A stretch of DNA of 64,000 bases from an uncultured bacterium (GTDB lineage: Bacteria > Desulfobacterota_D > UBA1144 > Nemesobacterales > UBA2774): assembly GCA_963705505.1 (NCBI GenBank), contig CAVPJU010000003.1:293004-357003 (forward strand), given 5' to 3'. A program made the translations under genes and the position numbers. Below are positions 1 through 11,056 of the stretch, one piece after another (position 1 is the first letter of the stretch; the number at the start of each line of letters is the position of its first letter). The notes below the pieces were generated by a model. It was not told the DNA's origin. It saw only the letters and a list, made by a program, of their open reading frames with translations, and made no database searches.

Positions 1-1316
1 AGGAACCTCTTCTTATCGTGTCCCACCCCGTGCTCTCCCGTAATGCTCCCGCCCGAGTCAACGCACACTTTAAGAATCTCGCCCGCAAGCTCGAGCGCCT
101 TCTCAGGCTGGCCTTCGCGAGTGGAATCATATAGCACGAGCGGGTGGAGGTTTCCGTCACCGGCATGAAAAACGTTTGCGACCCGGAGACCGTATTCCCT
201 GCTCAGCTCCCCTATCCTTCCCAGCACTTCCGCGAGCTTGCTCCTCGGGATGACGCCGTCCTGGACATAGTAATCCGAACTCACCCTGCCCATCGCGGGA
301 AACGCGTTTTTCCTCCCCTTCCAGAAGAGATCCCTTTCCCTGGCGTCCTTTGCAATTCTTATCTCAGTCGCATTGTTTTCCCCGAGCACTTCCTCCACTA
401 TAGGCATCTGCGCCTCGACCTCGGCGGCAGGCCCGTCAAGCTCTACGAGGAGTATGGAGCCTGCATCGACCGGATACCCCGCGTGAACGGCCTCTTCGAC
501 AGAGCGGATACAGAGGTTATCCATTATCTCCATCCCCGCCGGTATTACGCCCCTTGCGGTTATCCCGGAAACCGACGCTCCCGCATCCTCTATCCTGTCG
601 AAGGACGCAAAAAGCGTTTTTACCGTTTCGGGCTTTTTTATTATCCTGAGGGTGATTTTTGTGACTATCCCCAGGAGCCCTTCGGAGCCGACAATCAGCC
701 CTGTAATATCGTAGCCGGGATGGTCAAGCGCTTTGCCCCCCGTTTGTATTATGTCCCCCTCGGGGAGAACGACCTCGAGTCCTAGAACATGGTTCGTGGT
801 CACGCCGTACTTAAGACAATGCACGCCGCCCGAGTTCTCCGCCACGTTCCCGCCAATCGTGCATACAATCTGGCTCGACGGGTCGGGAGCATAGTAATAC
901 CCGTATGAGCTCACGGCGTTCGTAACGGAGAGGTTGGTCACCCCCGGCTCGACGACCACACGCTCGTTGGGGATATCTATTTCCAGTATCTTATTCATAC
1001 GGGAGAGTGATATCACAATGCCTTCTTCAGCGGGGAGCGCGCCGCCCGAGAGCCCCGTCCCCGCCCCTCTCGGCACATAGGGGACGTCTTGCTCGTAACA
1101 GAGCCTGATTACCTGCGACACCTCCCCCGAGGTCTTCGGCAGGACCACAAAAAGCGGTTTTATCCTGTAGCCCGTAAGGGCGTCGCAGTCATAGGCTATG
1201 AGCTCGTCCTCAGCGTATATAACCCCGTCGCGTCCGAAGATACCGGTAAGCTTATCTCCGAATTCCCTCTTCCAGTCAGGCGATCTAAGCTTGGTTTTAC
1301 GGGTTAGGGCATCCAT
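1..1316 (-). CDS. glcD: Glycolate oxidase subunit GlcD-like FAD-linked oxidase (runs off window start)
   Basis: Manual minus-strand translation from ATG 1316: MDALTRK...PYVPRGAGTGLSGGA...YAPDPSSQIVCTIGGNVAENSGGVHCLKYGVTTNHV. Not in ORF track because it has no stop in the window. Confidence 0.88.
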   Translation of the reverse strand, partial: MDALTRKTKLRSPDWKREFGDKLTGIFGRDGVIYAEDELIAYDCDALTGYRIKPLFVVLPKTSGEVSQVIRLCYEQDVPYVPRGAGTGLSGGALPAEEGIVISLSRMNKILEIDIPNERVVVEPGVTNLSVTNAVSSYGYYYAPDPSSQIVCTIGGNVAENSGGVHCLKYGVTTNHVLGLEVVLPEGDIIQTGGKALDHPGYDITGLIVGSEGLLGIVTKITLRIIKKPETVKTLFASFDRIEDAGASVSGITARGVIPAGMEIMDNLCIRSVEEAVHAGYPVDAGSILLVELDGPAAEVEAQMPIVEEVLGENNATEIRIAKDARERDLFWKGRKNAFPAMGRVSSDYYVQDGVIPRSKLAEVLGRIGELSREYGLRVANVFHAGDGNLHPLVLYDSTREGQPEKALELAGEILKVCVDSGGSITGEHGVGHDKKRF

Positions 1317-1398
1317 AATTATTTACACAGGCATCATTATATCATTGTTAGGTGCGTAGACCAATCGAAGTCCCTTTACCGGAAACGCCGGGGGATGC

Positions 1399-1426
1399 TT
1401 GACATTCTGTCCTGAGACGGTAAATT
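1399..1426 (+). promoter_or_regulatory. Putative sigma70 promoter of rplM-rpsI
   Basis: TTGACA-N16-TAAATT 35 bp upstream of rplM. Confidence 0.5.
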
Positions 1427-1461
1427 CATTTGCTTAACCCTAATAGTTAAAGGCAGATAAA

Positions 1462-1890
1462 ATGAAGACTTACATGGCAAGAAGCGAAGACTTCGACAAA
1501 AAGTGGTACGTGATCGACGGGGACGGCAAAACGGTGGGAAGGCTTTCTTCGAAAATAGCCAGAATCCTTAGAGGTAAAGAGAAGCCTCAGTTCACCCCTC
1601 ACGCAGACATCGGGGATTTCGTAATAGTCGTGAATGCGGACAAACTGAAGTTCACCGGCAAAAAATGGGATAACAAGAGATATTACTGGCACACGGGGCA
1701 CCCCGGCGGAATCAGGTCCATCGCTGCCGAAGATCTCTCCGACAAAAAACCGCAAGAAATATTAAAAAAAGCTGTCTGGGGCATGCTCCCTAAAAACAGG
1801 TGGCAGAAAAAACTCATAACGAGATTAAAGATCTACACAGGCAGCGAGCATCCTCATGCGCCCCAGCAGCCCGAAACTCTGGAGGTATAG
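1462..1890 (+). CDS. rplM: 50S ribosomal protein L13
   Basis: KWYVIDGDGKTVGRL, FTPHADIGDFVIVVNA, HTGHPGG. Confidence 0.98.
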   Translation: MKTYMARSEDFDKKWYVIDGDGKTVGRLSSKIARILRGKEKPQFTPHADIGDFVIVVNADKLKFTGKKWDNKRYYWHTGHPGGIRSIAAEDLSDKKPQEILKKAVWGMLPKNRWQKKLITRLKIYTGSEHPHAPQQPETLEV

Positions 1891-1899
1891 TAGAAAACA

Positions 1900-2292
1900 A
1901 TGGCGGAAGTCAACTATTACGGAACCGGCAGAAGAAAAACATCAATCGCACGTGTCTGGCTGCGGGCGGGCGACGGGAAAATCACAATAAACGACCGTGA
2001 GGCCGACGAGTATTTCCCGCGCGAATACTGGAAGGTGCATGCTCTCGAACCCCTCACAACGACTCAGACGAAAGGGAAGTATAACGTCATCGTCGACGTC
2101 AAGGGCGGCGGTCTGACAGGTCAGGCAGGCGCCGTGAGACACGGCATCGCCAGGGCGCTGCTTCAGGCAGACGAATCCAACAAGAAACCGCTTAAATCAG
2201 CGGGTCAGCTAAGCAGGGACTCGAGAATGGTGGAAAGAAAGAAGTACGGACTCAAGAAAGCGAGACGCGGACAGCAGTTCTCAAAGAGGTAA
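1900..2292 (+). CDS. rpsI: 30S ribosomal protein S9
   Basis: [28 protein letters not shown]-terminal QFSKR; follows rplM. Confidence 0.98.
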   Translation: MAEVNYYGTGRRKTSIARVWLRAGDGKITINDREADEYFPREYWKVHALEPLTTTQTKGKYNVIVDVKGGGLTGQAGAVRHGIARALLQADESNKKPLKSAGQLSRDSRMVERKKYGLKKARRGQQFSKR

Positions 2293-2300
2293 AACTTACT

Positions 2301-3653
2301 TTGCCTGATACAGGAAAAAAGAAATCCGTTTCCAGAAAAGAAAAGAAAATCACGCCGCCTGAAGGAAAGCTGGGTGTTCTCATTCCCGGTATAGGCGGCG
2401 CTGTGAGCACCACTTTTATTGCCGGTGTTGAGGCCATAAAGAGGGGACTCGGCAAGCCTATAGGCTCCCTCACACAGCTTGGAAGGATAAGGCTCGGAAA
2501 GAGGACGGAGAAAAAATCCCCGCTCATCAAGGAATTTCTCCCGCTTGCGGAACTCAATGACCTCGTATTTATGGGATGGGACATATTCCCCGATAATTGT
2601 TACGAGGCCGCAATCAAGGCGGGAGTGCTCGAGAAGTCCCTCGTCAACGATCTGAAAGATACCCTGCAGAAATTAAAACCCCTCCCTGCCGTCTTCAGCA
2701 GAAAGTATGTCAAGAACCTGAACGGGAAGCACCTGAAAGAGGGCAAGACCAAGATGGACCTTGCCGAACAGCTCATCCAAGACATCAAGAAGTTCAAGAA
2801 GGAGAGCGGAGTATCCAGGCTCGTGATGGTGTGGTGCGGAAGCACGGAGATCTATATACAGCCTTCAGCCGTTCACGCGTCGATAAACTCCTTCGAGAAA
2901 GGATTGAAAGAGAACCACCCGGATATTGCTCCGAGCATGATCTATGCCTATGCGGCGCTCCAGTGCGGAGTCCCCTACGCCAACGGCGCTCCCAATCTGT
3001 CGGTCGACGTTCCCGCTCTCACAGACCTAGCCAAGAAGAAGAAAGTCCCGATCGCGGGGAAGGATTTCAAGACCGGACAGACTCTGATGAAGACGATTCT
3101 CGCCCCGGGGTTCAAGAGCAGGATGCTGGGGCTGAGCGGCTGGTTTTCGACTAATATACTCGGGAACAGGGACGGCGAAGTGCTCGATGACCCCTACTCA
3201 TTTAAGACCAAAGAGGAAAGCAAGCTCGGCGTGCTCGAATATATGTTCCAGCCCGACCTGCATCCGGACCTCTATTCCAACTATTATCATAAGGTGAGGA
3301 TAAATTATTATCCCCCGAGGGGCGATGCCAAGGAAGCCTGGGACAACATAGATATCTTCGGCTGGCTGGGCTATCCGATGCAGATAAAGGTCAACTTCCT
3401 CTGCAGGGACAGCATACTCGCTGCCCCTATCGTCCTGGACCTGGTGCTGTTCCTGGACCTCGCAAGCAGGGCCGGATTCGACGGGATTCAGGAATGGCTT
3501 TCTTTCTACTTCAAGAGCCCGATGTACGGCAAAGGTCTTTATCCCGAGCACGACCTCTTTATCCAGCTCATGAAGCTCAAGAACACGCTGCGCTACATGA
3601 AGGGCGAAGAGCTCATAACACACCTGGGGCTCGATTATTACAATCTTATGTAA
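2301..3653 (+). CDS. ino1: myo-inositol-1(3)-phosphate synthase
   Basis: WCGSTE, GKDFKTGQTLMKT, NILGNRDG, CRDSILAAPIVLDL motifs; start codon uncertain. Confidence 0.93.
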   Translation: MPDTGKKKSVSRKEKKITPPEGKLGVLIPGIGGAVSTTFIAGVEAIKRGLGKPIGSLTQLGRIRLGKRTEKKSPLIKEFLPLAELNDLVFMGWDIFPDNCYEAAIKAGVLEKSLVNDLKDTLQKLKPLPAVFSRKYVKNLNGKHLKEGKTKMDLAEQLIQDIKKFKKESGVSRLVMVWCGSTEIYIQPSAVHASINSFEKGLKENHPDIAPSMIYAYAALQCGVPYANGAPNLSVDVPALTDLAKKKKVPIAGKDFKTGQTLMKTILAPGFKSRMLGLSGWFSTNILGNRDGEVLDDPYSFKTKEESKLGVLEYMFQPDLHPDLYSNYYHKVRINYYPPRGDAKEAWDNIDIFGWLGYPMQIKVNFLCRDSILAAPIVLDLVLFLDLASRAGFDGIQEWLSFYFKSPMYGKGLYPEHDLFIQLMKLKNTLRYMKGEELITHLGLDYYNLM

Positions 3654-3719
3654 TAATCGAACTCATTTCTTATACTTTCCGGATTATTTTCGAATCAGAT
3701 TATATAAGTGGAGGGGATA

Positions 3720-4601
3720 TCAAGCCTGTGTGCTTATCGCAAGCCATTTGCGAGTAATGTAAAGGTTGCCGTTAGGGTCCCTGTTTCCGTGCTGCTCGAG
3801 GGCCGGCTGGACAGCTTCTTTCATTGCCTCAACGGCCGCATCCACCGGGTAACCTCTCAAAGCTCCTGCGGCGTACTGCTGGAAGGAGCTTATGTACTCC
3901 CAAGCCTCTCTCCGCATGTCGACCGCGTACTCCTTAGCCTCTACGAGCTTGAAGCCCGCTTCCTTCACCAATTGCTCGTAATAAGACCTGGGGAGGAATT
4001 TCGAAGCCTCGGTCCTGGAATCGTCCTTCTGTCTGCTTATACCGCGGTCCCTGAGATACTGAACCGCATTTTTAACCTGCGTGCGGTAAAAAGCCAGCGT
4101 CTCGGCGGGCCTTGCCTCCTCATAGAAGGCGGTATTGAAGAAAAAGAGGCCGCCGGGCTTAAGGGCTTTTTTAATCCTCTTGATGCTGTCGAGCTGTTCC
4201 TGCTCGGATAAATAGTGTATGCCGTTCCCCCAGACCGCGACATCGATACTCTCGTCGGGTATCTTCATGTCCTCGACTGAGGAATGTACCAATTTTAATC
4301 TTTCAACCGTTTTCTCGAGTTTCGACTGCGCTAATCTGAGAGCCTCCCCGGACTGGTCGAGACACATTACAGCAGCTTTTTTCCAGCTTGCGGGCAGCTG
4401 ATCAAACACAAGCTGTACCATCGTCCCCGCACCTGTAGCTACGTCCAGAATCGCCTCGATCCCGCTGATTCCTTTCCGGCGCATGATTTCAACCCAGCCG
4501 TGTATGCAAGCCTCGTTTACCTCTCTGTATTCTTCGGTATCGGCAAACGGCTCATAATCATATTTCTCCTTAATCTCATCCATTATTAACCTCTGTATCA
4601 A
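3720..4601 (-). CDS. Class I SAM-dependent methyltransferase
   Basis: ILDVATGAGT motif I, LDQS motif II, IKKALKPGGLF; likely start at 4583. Confidence 0.85.
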   Translation of the reverse strand: MIQRLIMDEIKEKYDYEPFADTEEYREVNEACIHGWVEIMRRKGISGIEAILDVATGAGTMVQLVFDQLPASWKKAAVMCLDQSGEALRLAQSKLEKTVERLKLVHSSVEDMKIPDESIDVAVWGNGIHYLSEQEQLDSIKRIKKALKPGGLFFFNTAFYEEARPAETLAFYRTQVKNAVQYLRDRGISRQKDDSRTEASKFLPRSYYEQLVKEAGFKLVEAKEYAVDMRREAWEYISSFQQYAAGALRGYPVDAAVEAMKEAVQPALEQHGNRDPNGNLYITRKWLAISTQA

Positions 4602-4716
4602 CTAACACCCCATTTTGCTATAAATAGAATAACGACCATAGAGTATAACATGACAATACGGAAAAAAACAGTACGCCCGGCGCCGGGAAACGCCTATGAT
4701 TCACCCACACCTGCTA

Positions 4717-5358
4717 TTATACACCCCTCCTGTTTCCCCATATAATCTTGTGAAGCTGGGGAAGTACCCTAACCTCCCCGAGATTTTCATCCATGACTCT
4801 CCCGGTTAACCAGCCTATGAGCGCACCGTCAGCAGGCTGGAAAATAATATTTGCGTTTATATGATATTCCTTCAGAATTCCCTTTGCGTATTCGAAATCC
4901 GCCTCATCAGCAATCACGAACTTGAGCTGGTCCTGAGGACGGAGCTTCTGAAAGAGGCCGAAGTCCATCCTTTCCTGCATTCCTGAGCCGGGGCACTTGC
5001 AGTCCATGCTTATGACGCAGTTTCCGGTCCAGAATACGGGGGGAGGCATTTTATGCCCGCTCGTCTCGAGCACTATCTTATAACCTTCGTTTATTAGTGT
5101 TTTTGCCAATTCCTCAGCTTCTTCCCTCTGAATGAGCGGCTCGCCGCCGGTAATGCATACCCTTTTGCAGCCGAACTTCTCTATGTCGGCAAGGACTTCC
5201 CCGACTGTCATTTTTCTAAAATCCCTCCCCTCGACCGCGTACATCGTATCACACCACGAACACCTGAGGTCGCAGGCATAGAGCCTGACAAATACGGTGG
5301 GAAGACCGATCTCGACACCCTCGCCCTGAATCGAAAAAAAGATCTCGCTGATATTCAT
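4717..5358 (-). CDS. queE: 7-carboxy-7-deazaguanine synthase (radical SAM)
   Basis: EIFFSIQGEG, CDLRCSWCDT (CxxxCxxC), ITGGEPL, PQLHKIIWG; ATG at 5358 overlaps the queC stop (ATGA). Confidence 0.93.
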   Translation of the reverse strand: MNISEIFFSIQGEGVEIGLPTVFVRLYACDLRCSWCDTMYAVEGRDFRKMTVGEVLADIEKFGCKRVCITGGEPLIQREEAEELAKTLINEGYKIVLETSGHKMPPPVFWTGNCVISMDCKCPGSGMQERMDFGLFQKLRPQDQLKFVIADEADFEYAKGILKEYHINANIIFQPADGALIGWLTGRVMDENLGEVRVLPQLHKIIWGNRRGV

Positions 5359-6029
5359 CTCTCGTACCCGGTCGGGTCGGGCACTCCCGATTCCAGAAAA
5401 GCCCTCTTTCTCTCGCGGCATGAGCTGCACACGCCGCAGTGTACCCGGCCCCCCTTATAGCAGCTCCATGTCTCCTTAAAAGGCACTCCGAGCCCTGCTC
5501 CGAGCTTAACGATCTGCGATTTATCCATATCCACGAACGGCGCTCGGATGTTAAGGTCCGGGTTTGCGGTAGCGAGCCTTTCGGAGGTCTGAAACGACTC
5601 GACGAACTCCTGCCTGCAGTCGGGGTAAACGCCCCTGTCCGAATGATGAGCGCCGAAAAAGACATTGTCAGCGCTTTTGCTCACCGCGTATCCGACGGCG
5701 ATTGCGAGGAAGATAGCGTTCCTGTTGGGGACTATCGTGGATTTAAGCGTATCGTAATGCTCGGCTGTCTCAGGTACTTCGGGTATATCGACATTTGCGT
5801 CTGTCAGCGCCGAGCCCGACAGGAGCTCCCTGAGCTCGGAGAGGTCGATTACTCTATGCGGGACACCGAGTGCGTTCGATACCTTCAGGGCGGAGTCGAT
5901 TTCCTTACTATGCTTCTGTCCGTAATTAAAGGTAATGCAGTCGACGTCGAACCCTTTTTTGACAGAGCTATAGAGAAGCGTCGTGCTGTCGATACCGCCC
6001 GAGAATATGATTACAGCCTTCTTATTCAT
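5355..6029 (-). CDS. queC: 7-cyano-7-deazaguanine synthase
   Basis: SGGIDST, VPNRN, YPDCR, TWSCY...HCGVCSSC. Confidence 0.96.
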   Translation of the reverse strand: MNKKAVIIFSGGIDSTTLLYSSVKKGFDVDCITFNYGQKHSKEIDSALKVSNALGVPHRVIDLSELRELLSGSALTDANVDIPEVPETAEHYDTLKSTIVPNRNAIFLAIAVGYAVSKSADNVFFGAHHSDRGVYPDCRQEFVESFQTSERLATANPDLNIRAPFVDMDKSQIVKLGAGLGVPFKETWSCYKGGRVHCGVCSSCRERKRAFLESGVPDPTGYER

Positions 6030-6071
6030 ACACTTAATACTATATGCTTATGTTTACGGGAACAAGAAAAT

Positions 6072-6170
6072 CGAGGAAACCGGAGGACTACAAAATCACC
6101 TCGTTTTTGCAGGGACAATGCTCTTGGAAACCACGCTTAGAAATCACCAAGCCTGTTGTCGAGCTCCTCG
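6072..6170 (-). ncRNA. Candidate structured 5' leader RNA of queC-queE
   Basis: Three-way junction foldable by eye: GAGGA/UCCUC, GACAA..CUUGG/CCAAG..UUGUC, CUGCAAAA/UUUUGUAG. Confidence 0.35.
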
Positions 6171-6291
6171 GGGTTAACATGAACCTGAATGCCGTCAATA
6201 GGCCGATTTGCATGGTATCGACTTTTATTTATTATTATTAGGTTGTTTTGTGAGAAGTTAAAGGATACGGTTTCTTACAAACATTATATAT

Positions 6292-8343
6292 ATGAAAGAC
6301 AGATTCAAACACGTTGAAAACCTATTTGAAGAGTTCCCTCCCGTAACTCCCGCGGATTGGAAAGCCGAGATAGTCAAGGACTTAAACGGCGGGGATATCG
6401 AGAAGCTTGACTGGAAGCCTTACGAGGGCTTTACGGTAAACCCCTTTTATACGGAGGAAGACCTGAGAGGACTCGGCTATTTAACCGACCCCTTTCCGGA
6501 CGAATTCCCCTTTGCGCGGGGCAATAAAACCCTGAGCAACGACTGGAGCGTCAACGAATATATAACTTCAGGGAGCATAAAAGCGGCGAACAGCCTCTCT
6601 CTTAAAAGCCTGGAAAAAGGGGCGGATTCTCTCACATTCGTTTGTGAATCTTCAAAGGAATGCATATCGGGAATCCCTATTCAGAGCGTCCGAGATATGG
6701 CTGCGCTATTAAAAGATATCCCGATTGAAGAGATACCCGTCCACTTCAGATGCGGGTACGGGGCTCCGGGGATTCTTTCGCTCTTCGTCATCGAAGCGGA
6801 GAAGAGGGGTATCGAAAAAGCGCGGCTGTCCGGCTCCGTTGACGCCGACCCATTGAGAATACTCGCGCTTGAGGGGTCATTCCCGGGAAGCGAGCAGGGC
6901 TCGTTCGATGAAATCGGATCGATGATCTCTTATTTAAGCGTCCGTATGCCCTCATTCAGCGCCCTCAAGGTCGCGGGGCATCACTTCCACGACTCGGGCG
7001 CATCGGTCACTCAGGAGCTTGCGTTTACATTAGCCGCCGGAGTGGAATACCTCGACCGTCTGACCTCCATGGACCTGACTGCAGACCAGGTCGCAGCTCA
7101 CATGAGCTTTTCGTTTTCGATAGGCTCAAACTATTTCATGGAGATAGCCAAGCTCCGTGCCGCAAGGTTATTGTGGGCGCACATAATCGATCAATACAGG
7201 CCCGGGGATGAATCCTCGAAAAAAATGAAGATAGAGACAAGGACGTCCTCATGGAACAAGACCGTCTTCGACCCGTACGTCAACATGCTGAGGGGCACTG
7301 TGGAAGCGATGGCGGCGGCAATCGGCGGGAGCGATTCGATAAATGTGCTGCCCCTTGACTCGATGTATAAAAAACCCGATGAATTTTCACGGAGGATGGC
7401 GAGGAATACGCAGCTCATACTGAAAAACGAAGCGTATCTCGACCGTGTTATCGACCCTTCGGGGGGCTCATATTATATAGAGAGGCTCACGGACTCGATA
7501 GCCTCCTCGTCATGGGAGCTTTTCAGGACAGTCGAGGGTATGGGTGGGATAGTCGAGGCGCTCAAGTCTGGATTCGTACAGGACGAAATACTTAAGACCC
7601 GAAACGAAAGGGACATGGACATTGCGACGAGAAAGGTGATTTTCCTCGGCGTTAACCAGTATCCGAACCCGGATGAAAAGGGTCCCGGAAAGGTCGATAA
7701 CAGAATCTCTCAAAAACCGCTCAGAAAATCGGGCGATGACTCGGAACACGGGAGCAGGCGTTCAATAGAGGAGATTATAAGCCATTTGTCCGGGAAGGGG
7801 TCCCGCATCGGGGACGTCCTACCCGACCCGTCGGCAAAGCCAGGCTTTGTGATAAAGCCCCTTAGGCCTTACAGGGGAGCGCAGGCATTCGAGGAATTAC
7901 GGCTCGCCGCCTCAAGACACAAAAAAGAAACGGGCGTGACTCCCGAGGTCTTTTTATTGCCTGTCGGAAACCCGTCGATCCGGAATGCGAGGGCGGCGTT
8001 CTCGGGGAATTTTTTCGGGTGCGCCGGTTTTAAGGTAATAGAAAACCCCGGTTTCGACTCGGCCGAGGAAGGCGTAAAGGCCGTTCTCGGAACCAGGGCA
8101 AAGATAGTGGTCATTTGCGGCTCCGACGGGGAATATGCCGAATTTGCGCCGGAAATCTGTGAAGAGCTTAGGCGGAAGAACCCCGACATGCGCATTATAA
8201 TAGCCGGGAATCCGAAGGAGCATGCGGACGCCCTTAAAGCTTCGGGCGTTGACGACTTCATACACGTCCGCTCGAACGCGCTCCAAATCCTGAGGAAGTA
8301 TCAGGAGATTTCAGGCATAAAAAGACAAAAAGAGGAAGATTAA
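6292..8343 (+). CDS. mutA: Methylmalonyl-CoA mutase small (beta) subunit
   Basis: FPFARG, QELAFTLA, YFMEIAKLRAAR, DPYVNMLRGT, DPSGGSYYIERLT; precedes the large subunit. Confidence 0.92.
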   Translation: MKDRFKHVENLFEEFPPVTPADWKAEIVKDLNGGDIEKLDWKPYEGFTVNPFYTEEDLRGLGYLTDPFPDEFPFARGNKTLSNDWSVNEYITSGSIKAANSLSLKSLEKGADSLTFVCESSKECISGIPIQSVRDMAALLKDIPIEEIPVHFRCGYGAPGILSLFVIEAEKRGIEKARLSGSVDADPLRILALEGSFPGSEQGSFDEIGSMISYLSVRMPSFSALKVAGHHFHDSGASVTQELAFTLAAGVEYLDRLTSMDLTADQVAAHMSFSFSIGSNYFMEIAKLRAARLLWAHIIDQYRPGDESSKKMKIETRTSSWNKTVFDPYVNMLRGTVEAMAAAIGGSDSINVLPLDSMYKKPDEFSRRMARNTQLILKNEAYLDRVIDPSGGSYYIERLTDSIASSSWELFRTVEGMGGIVEALKSGFVQDEILKTRNERDMDIATRKVIFLGVNQYPNPDEKGPGKVDNRISQKPLRKSGDDSEHGSRRSIEEIISHLSGKGSRIGDVLPDPSAKPGFVIKPLRPYRGAQAFEELRLAASRHKKETGVTPEVFLLPVGNPSIRNARAAFSGNFFGCAGFKVIENPGFDSAEEGVKAVLGTRAKIVVICGSDGEYAEFAPEICEELRRKNPDMRIIIAGNPKEHADALKASGVDDFIHVRSNALQILRKYQEISGIKRQKEED

Positions 8344-10494
8344 TTGAGACCAGATTTCTCGAATATCGATTACAGGGGCAGGAGGCGCGGGAAATCCGAA
8401 TCACGCGTGAGCTCTTCGGATTCGGAATGGTTAACCCCGGAGGACATACGTGTTAACCCCGTTTACACGAAAGAAGACCTCCTCGGAATGGAGCACCTGC
8501 AGTATGCGGCAGGCCTGCCGCCTTACCTGAGGGGCCCATACCCCACGATGTATTTGACACGCCCGTGGACCATACGCCAGTACGCGGGTTTCTCTACGGC
8601 CGAGGAATCGAACGCATTTTACAGAAGGAACCTGGCAGCGGGGCAGAAGGGACTCTCGGTGGCGTTTGACCTCCCCACGCACAGGGGCTACGACTCCGAC
8701 CACGAAAGGGTAATCGGCGACGTCGGGAAAGCGGGGGTGGCGATCGATTCCGTGCTCGACATGAAGATACTCTTCAATGAAATACCGCTCGATGAGATAT
8801 CAGTTTCCATGACGATGAACGGCGCCGTACTTCCGGTAATGGCGTTCTACATCGTGACGGCTGAGGAGCAGGGTGTAAGCCCGGAGAATCTGAGCGGGAC
8901 TATCCAGAACGATATCCTTAAAGAATTCATGGTCAGGAACACGTACATTTACCCGCCCGGCCCCTCGATGAAGATCATAGCCGACATCTTCAAATACACG
9001 GCTGAACACATGCCGAAATTCAATTCGATAAGCGTGAGCGGCTACCACATGGAAGAGGCGGGAGCCTCCTCCGATATAGAGCTCGCCTACACCCTCGCGG
9101 ACGGGCTCGAATACGTAAGGACGGGCATAAACGCCGGCATGGGCATAGACGATTTCGCACCGAGGATCTCCTTTTTCTGGGGGATCGGAATGAACCATTT
9201 TATGGAAATAGCCAAGATGAGGGCGGCGAGGATGATATGGGCAAAATTAATTAAACGGTTCGGTCCGAAAAACCCGAAGTCCATGGCCTTAAGGACTCAC
9301 TGCCAGACCTCGGGCTGGAGCTTAACGGAACAGGACCCGTTCAATAATGCAATAAGGACGTGCGTTGAGGCCCTGGCGGCCGTACTCGGCGGCACACAGT
9401 CGCTCCATACCAATGCGCTTGACGAAGCTATAGCGCTCCCGACGGATTTTTCGGCTAGGATAGCAAGGAACACTCAGATTTATCTCGAAGAAGAGACGAA
9501 TATATGCAGGTCTATTGACCCCTGGGCGGGTTCTTATTATGTTGAATACCTGACGGACAGGATCGCCCGCCGCGCCTGGGCACTTATAGAGGAAGTGGAA
9601 GGGTTAGGCGGTATGGCGAAGGCGATAGAGACGGGCCTACCCAAGATGAGGATCGAAGAGGCCGCGGCGAAGAAGCAGGCGCGTATAGATTCGGGCCATG
9701 ATGTCATTGTCGGCGTCAATAAATACGGGGCGGACGAAGACGCGGAGATCGAGATTCTGGAAGTCGATAACACCGCTGTGAGAACGGCGCAGCTGGAGCG
9801 CCTGAAGAAACTCAGGAAGGCAAGGAACAACGACGCGGTCAGAGCCGCTCTCGACGCAATAACCAAATGCGCCGAAACCGGCGAGGGGAACCTGCTCGAG
9901 GCCGCAGTGGACGCGGCCCGCAAACGCGCGACGCTCGGTGAAATATCTTATGCGTGCGAAAAGGTTTTCGGAAGGTATAAGGCGGTTATACGGACTATAG
10001 CGGGGGTTTATTCGGGAGAGATGTCTGAAGACGGCGAGTTCAGGAAGGCGAGGGAGCTCGCGGATGAGTTCGCAGAGCTTGAAGGCAGAAGACCGAGGAT
10101 AATGGTCGCGAAAATGGGACAGGACGGCCACGACCGGGGCGCCAAGGTCATTGCCACGAGCTTTGCCGATATGGGATTCGACGTCGACATAGGGTCCCTC
10201 TTCCAGACACCCATAGAAGCCGCGCGCCAGGCGGTCGAGAACGATGTCCACATAATCGGCATATCGAGCCTTGCCGCCGGGCATAAGACACTCGTCCCGG
10301 AGCTGATAAAAGAGTTGAGAGAAATGGAACGGGGTGACATCATGGTGGTCGTGGGCGGAGTCATACCCAAACGGGACTATGAATTCCTCTATAACGCGGG
10401 CGTTACCGCCGTGTTCGGGCCCGGTACCGTCATTTCAAAGGCGGCTCAGGATATCTTGAATATTCTACTCCGAAGCAGCAGGGAAGGCGCCTGA
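8344..10494 (+). CDS. mutB: Methylmalonyl-CoA mutase large (catalytic) subunit
   Basis: [12 protein letters not shown]12-binding [13 protein letters not shown] start. Confidence 0.96.
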   Translation: MRPDFSNIDYRGRRRGKSESRVSSSDSEWLTPEDIRVNPVYTKEDLLGMEHLQYAAGLPPYLRGPYPTMYLTRPWTIRQYAGFSTAEESNAFYRRNLAAGQKGLSVAFDLPTHRGYDSDHERVIGDVGKAGVAIDSVLDMKILFNEIPLDEISVSMTMNGAVLPVMAFYIVTAEEQGVSPENLSGTIQNDILKEFMVRNTYIYPPGPSMKIIADIFKYTAEHMPKFNSISVSGYHMEEAGASSDIELAYTLADGLEYVRTGINAGMGIDDFAPRISFFWGIGMNHFMEIAKMRAARMIWAKLIKRFGPKNPKSMALRTHCQTSGWSLTEQDPFNNAIRTCVEALAAVLGGTQSLHTNALDEAIALPTDFSARIARNTQIYLEEETNICRSIDPWAGSYYVEYLTDRIARRAWALIEEVEGLGGMAKAIETGLPKMRIEEAAAKKQARIDSGHDVIVGVNKYGADEDAEIEILEVDNTAVRTAQLERLKKLRKARNNDAVRAALDAITKCAETGEGNLLEAAVDAARKRATLGEISYACEKVFGRYKAVIRTIAGVYSGEMSEDGEFRKARELADEFAELEGRRPRIMVAKMGQDGHDRGAKVIATSFADMGFDVDIGSLFQTPIEAARQAVENDVHIIGISSLAAGHKTLVPELIKELREMERGDIMVVVGGVIPKRDYEFLYNAGVTAVFGPGTVISKAAQDILNILLRSSREGA

Positions 10495-10576
10495 GGCGGC
10501 GGACAGTCTCTGCTTCAGGAACTGAACCCGGATAAAAACGGTGGACATCTTATAATAAACCTGAAAAAATAATAAT

Positions 10577-11038
10577 ATGGAAAACGCCCCGAAACTCGAG
10601 ATCGGCAGGATAACCCCTCAAGACCTTGACGGCATTGTAGCAATAGAGAACGTGAGCTTCCCCACTCCCTGGCCCAGGCGTGTTTTCGAGCGGGAGATAA
10701 AATCACAGAAATCCTACAACAGGGTAATCAGATTCAGCGGAATGGTAGTCGGATACATCGTCACATGGACTATATACGACGAAGTACATATTCTGAATAT
10801 AGCGGTACACCCGAATTTCAGGAATATGGGTCTCGGGGAGAGGCTACTCCGGGACTGCATAGGTCACTCGGCCGATAACGGTCTCAGATACGCAATTCTC
10901 GAAGTGAGGATATCCAATACGAAGGCCAGGAGCCTGTACGAGAAGCTGGGTTTTAAAACGATCCATACGAGAAGGAAATACTATTCCGATACCGGGGAAG
11001 ACGCCTACGTGATGATGTTCGAGATCAAGCCCTCATAG
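10577..11038 (+). CDS. rimI: Ribosomal protein S18 alanine N-acetyltransferase
   Basis: HILNIAVHP, LEVRISN, RRKYY...EDAYVM. Confidence 0.92.
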   Translation: MENAPKLEIGRITPQDLDGIVAIENVSFPTPWPRRVFEREIKSQKSYNRVIRFSGMVVGYIVTWTIYDEVHILNIAVHPNFRNMGLGERLLRDCIGHSADNGLRYAILEVRISNTKARSLYEKLGFKTIHTRRKYYSDTGEDAYVMMFEIKPS

Positions 11039-11056
11039 ACGGCTTTCAGCAGTTTC

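Noticed and set aside
144..1307. Plus-strand ORFs 144-785 and 1089-1307
   Set aside because: Antisense shadows of glcD; the same applies to the many antisense ORFs over mutAB, sbcC, panBC and others.
6200..6291. Cobalamin riboswitch upstream of mutA
   Set aside because: No B12-box or GGGAA...GGTG.AA.TCC consensus visible.
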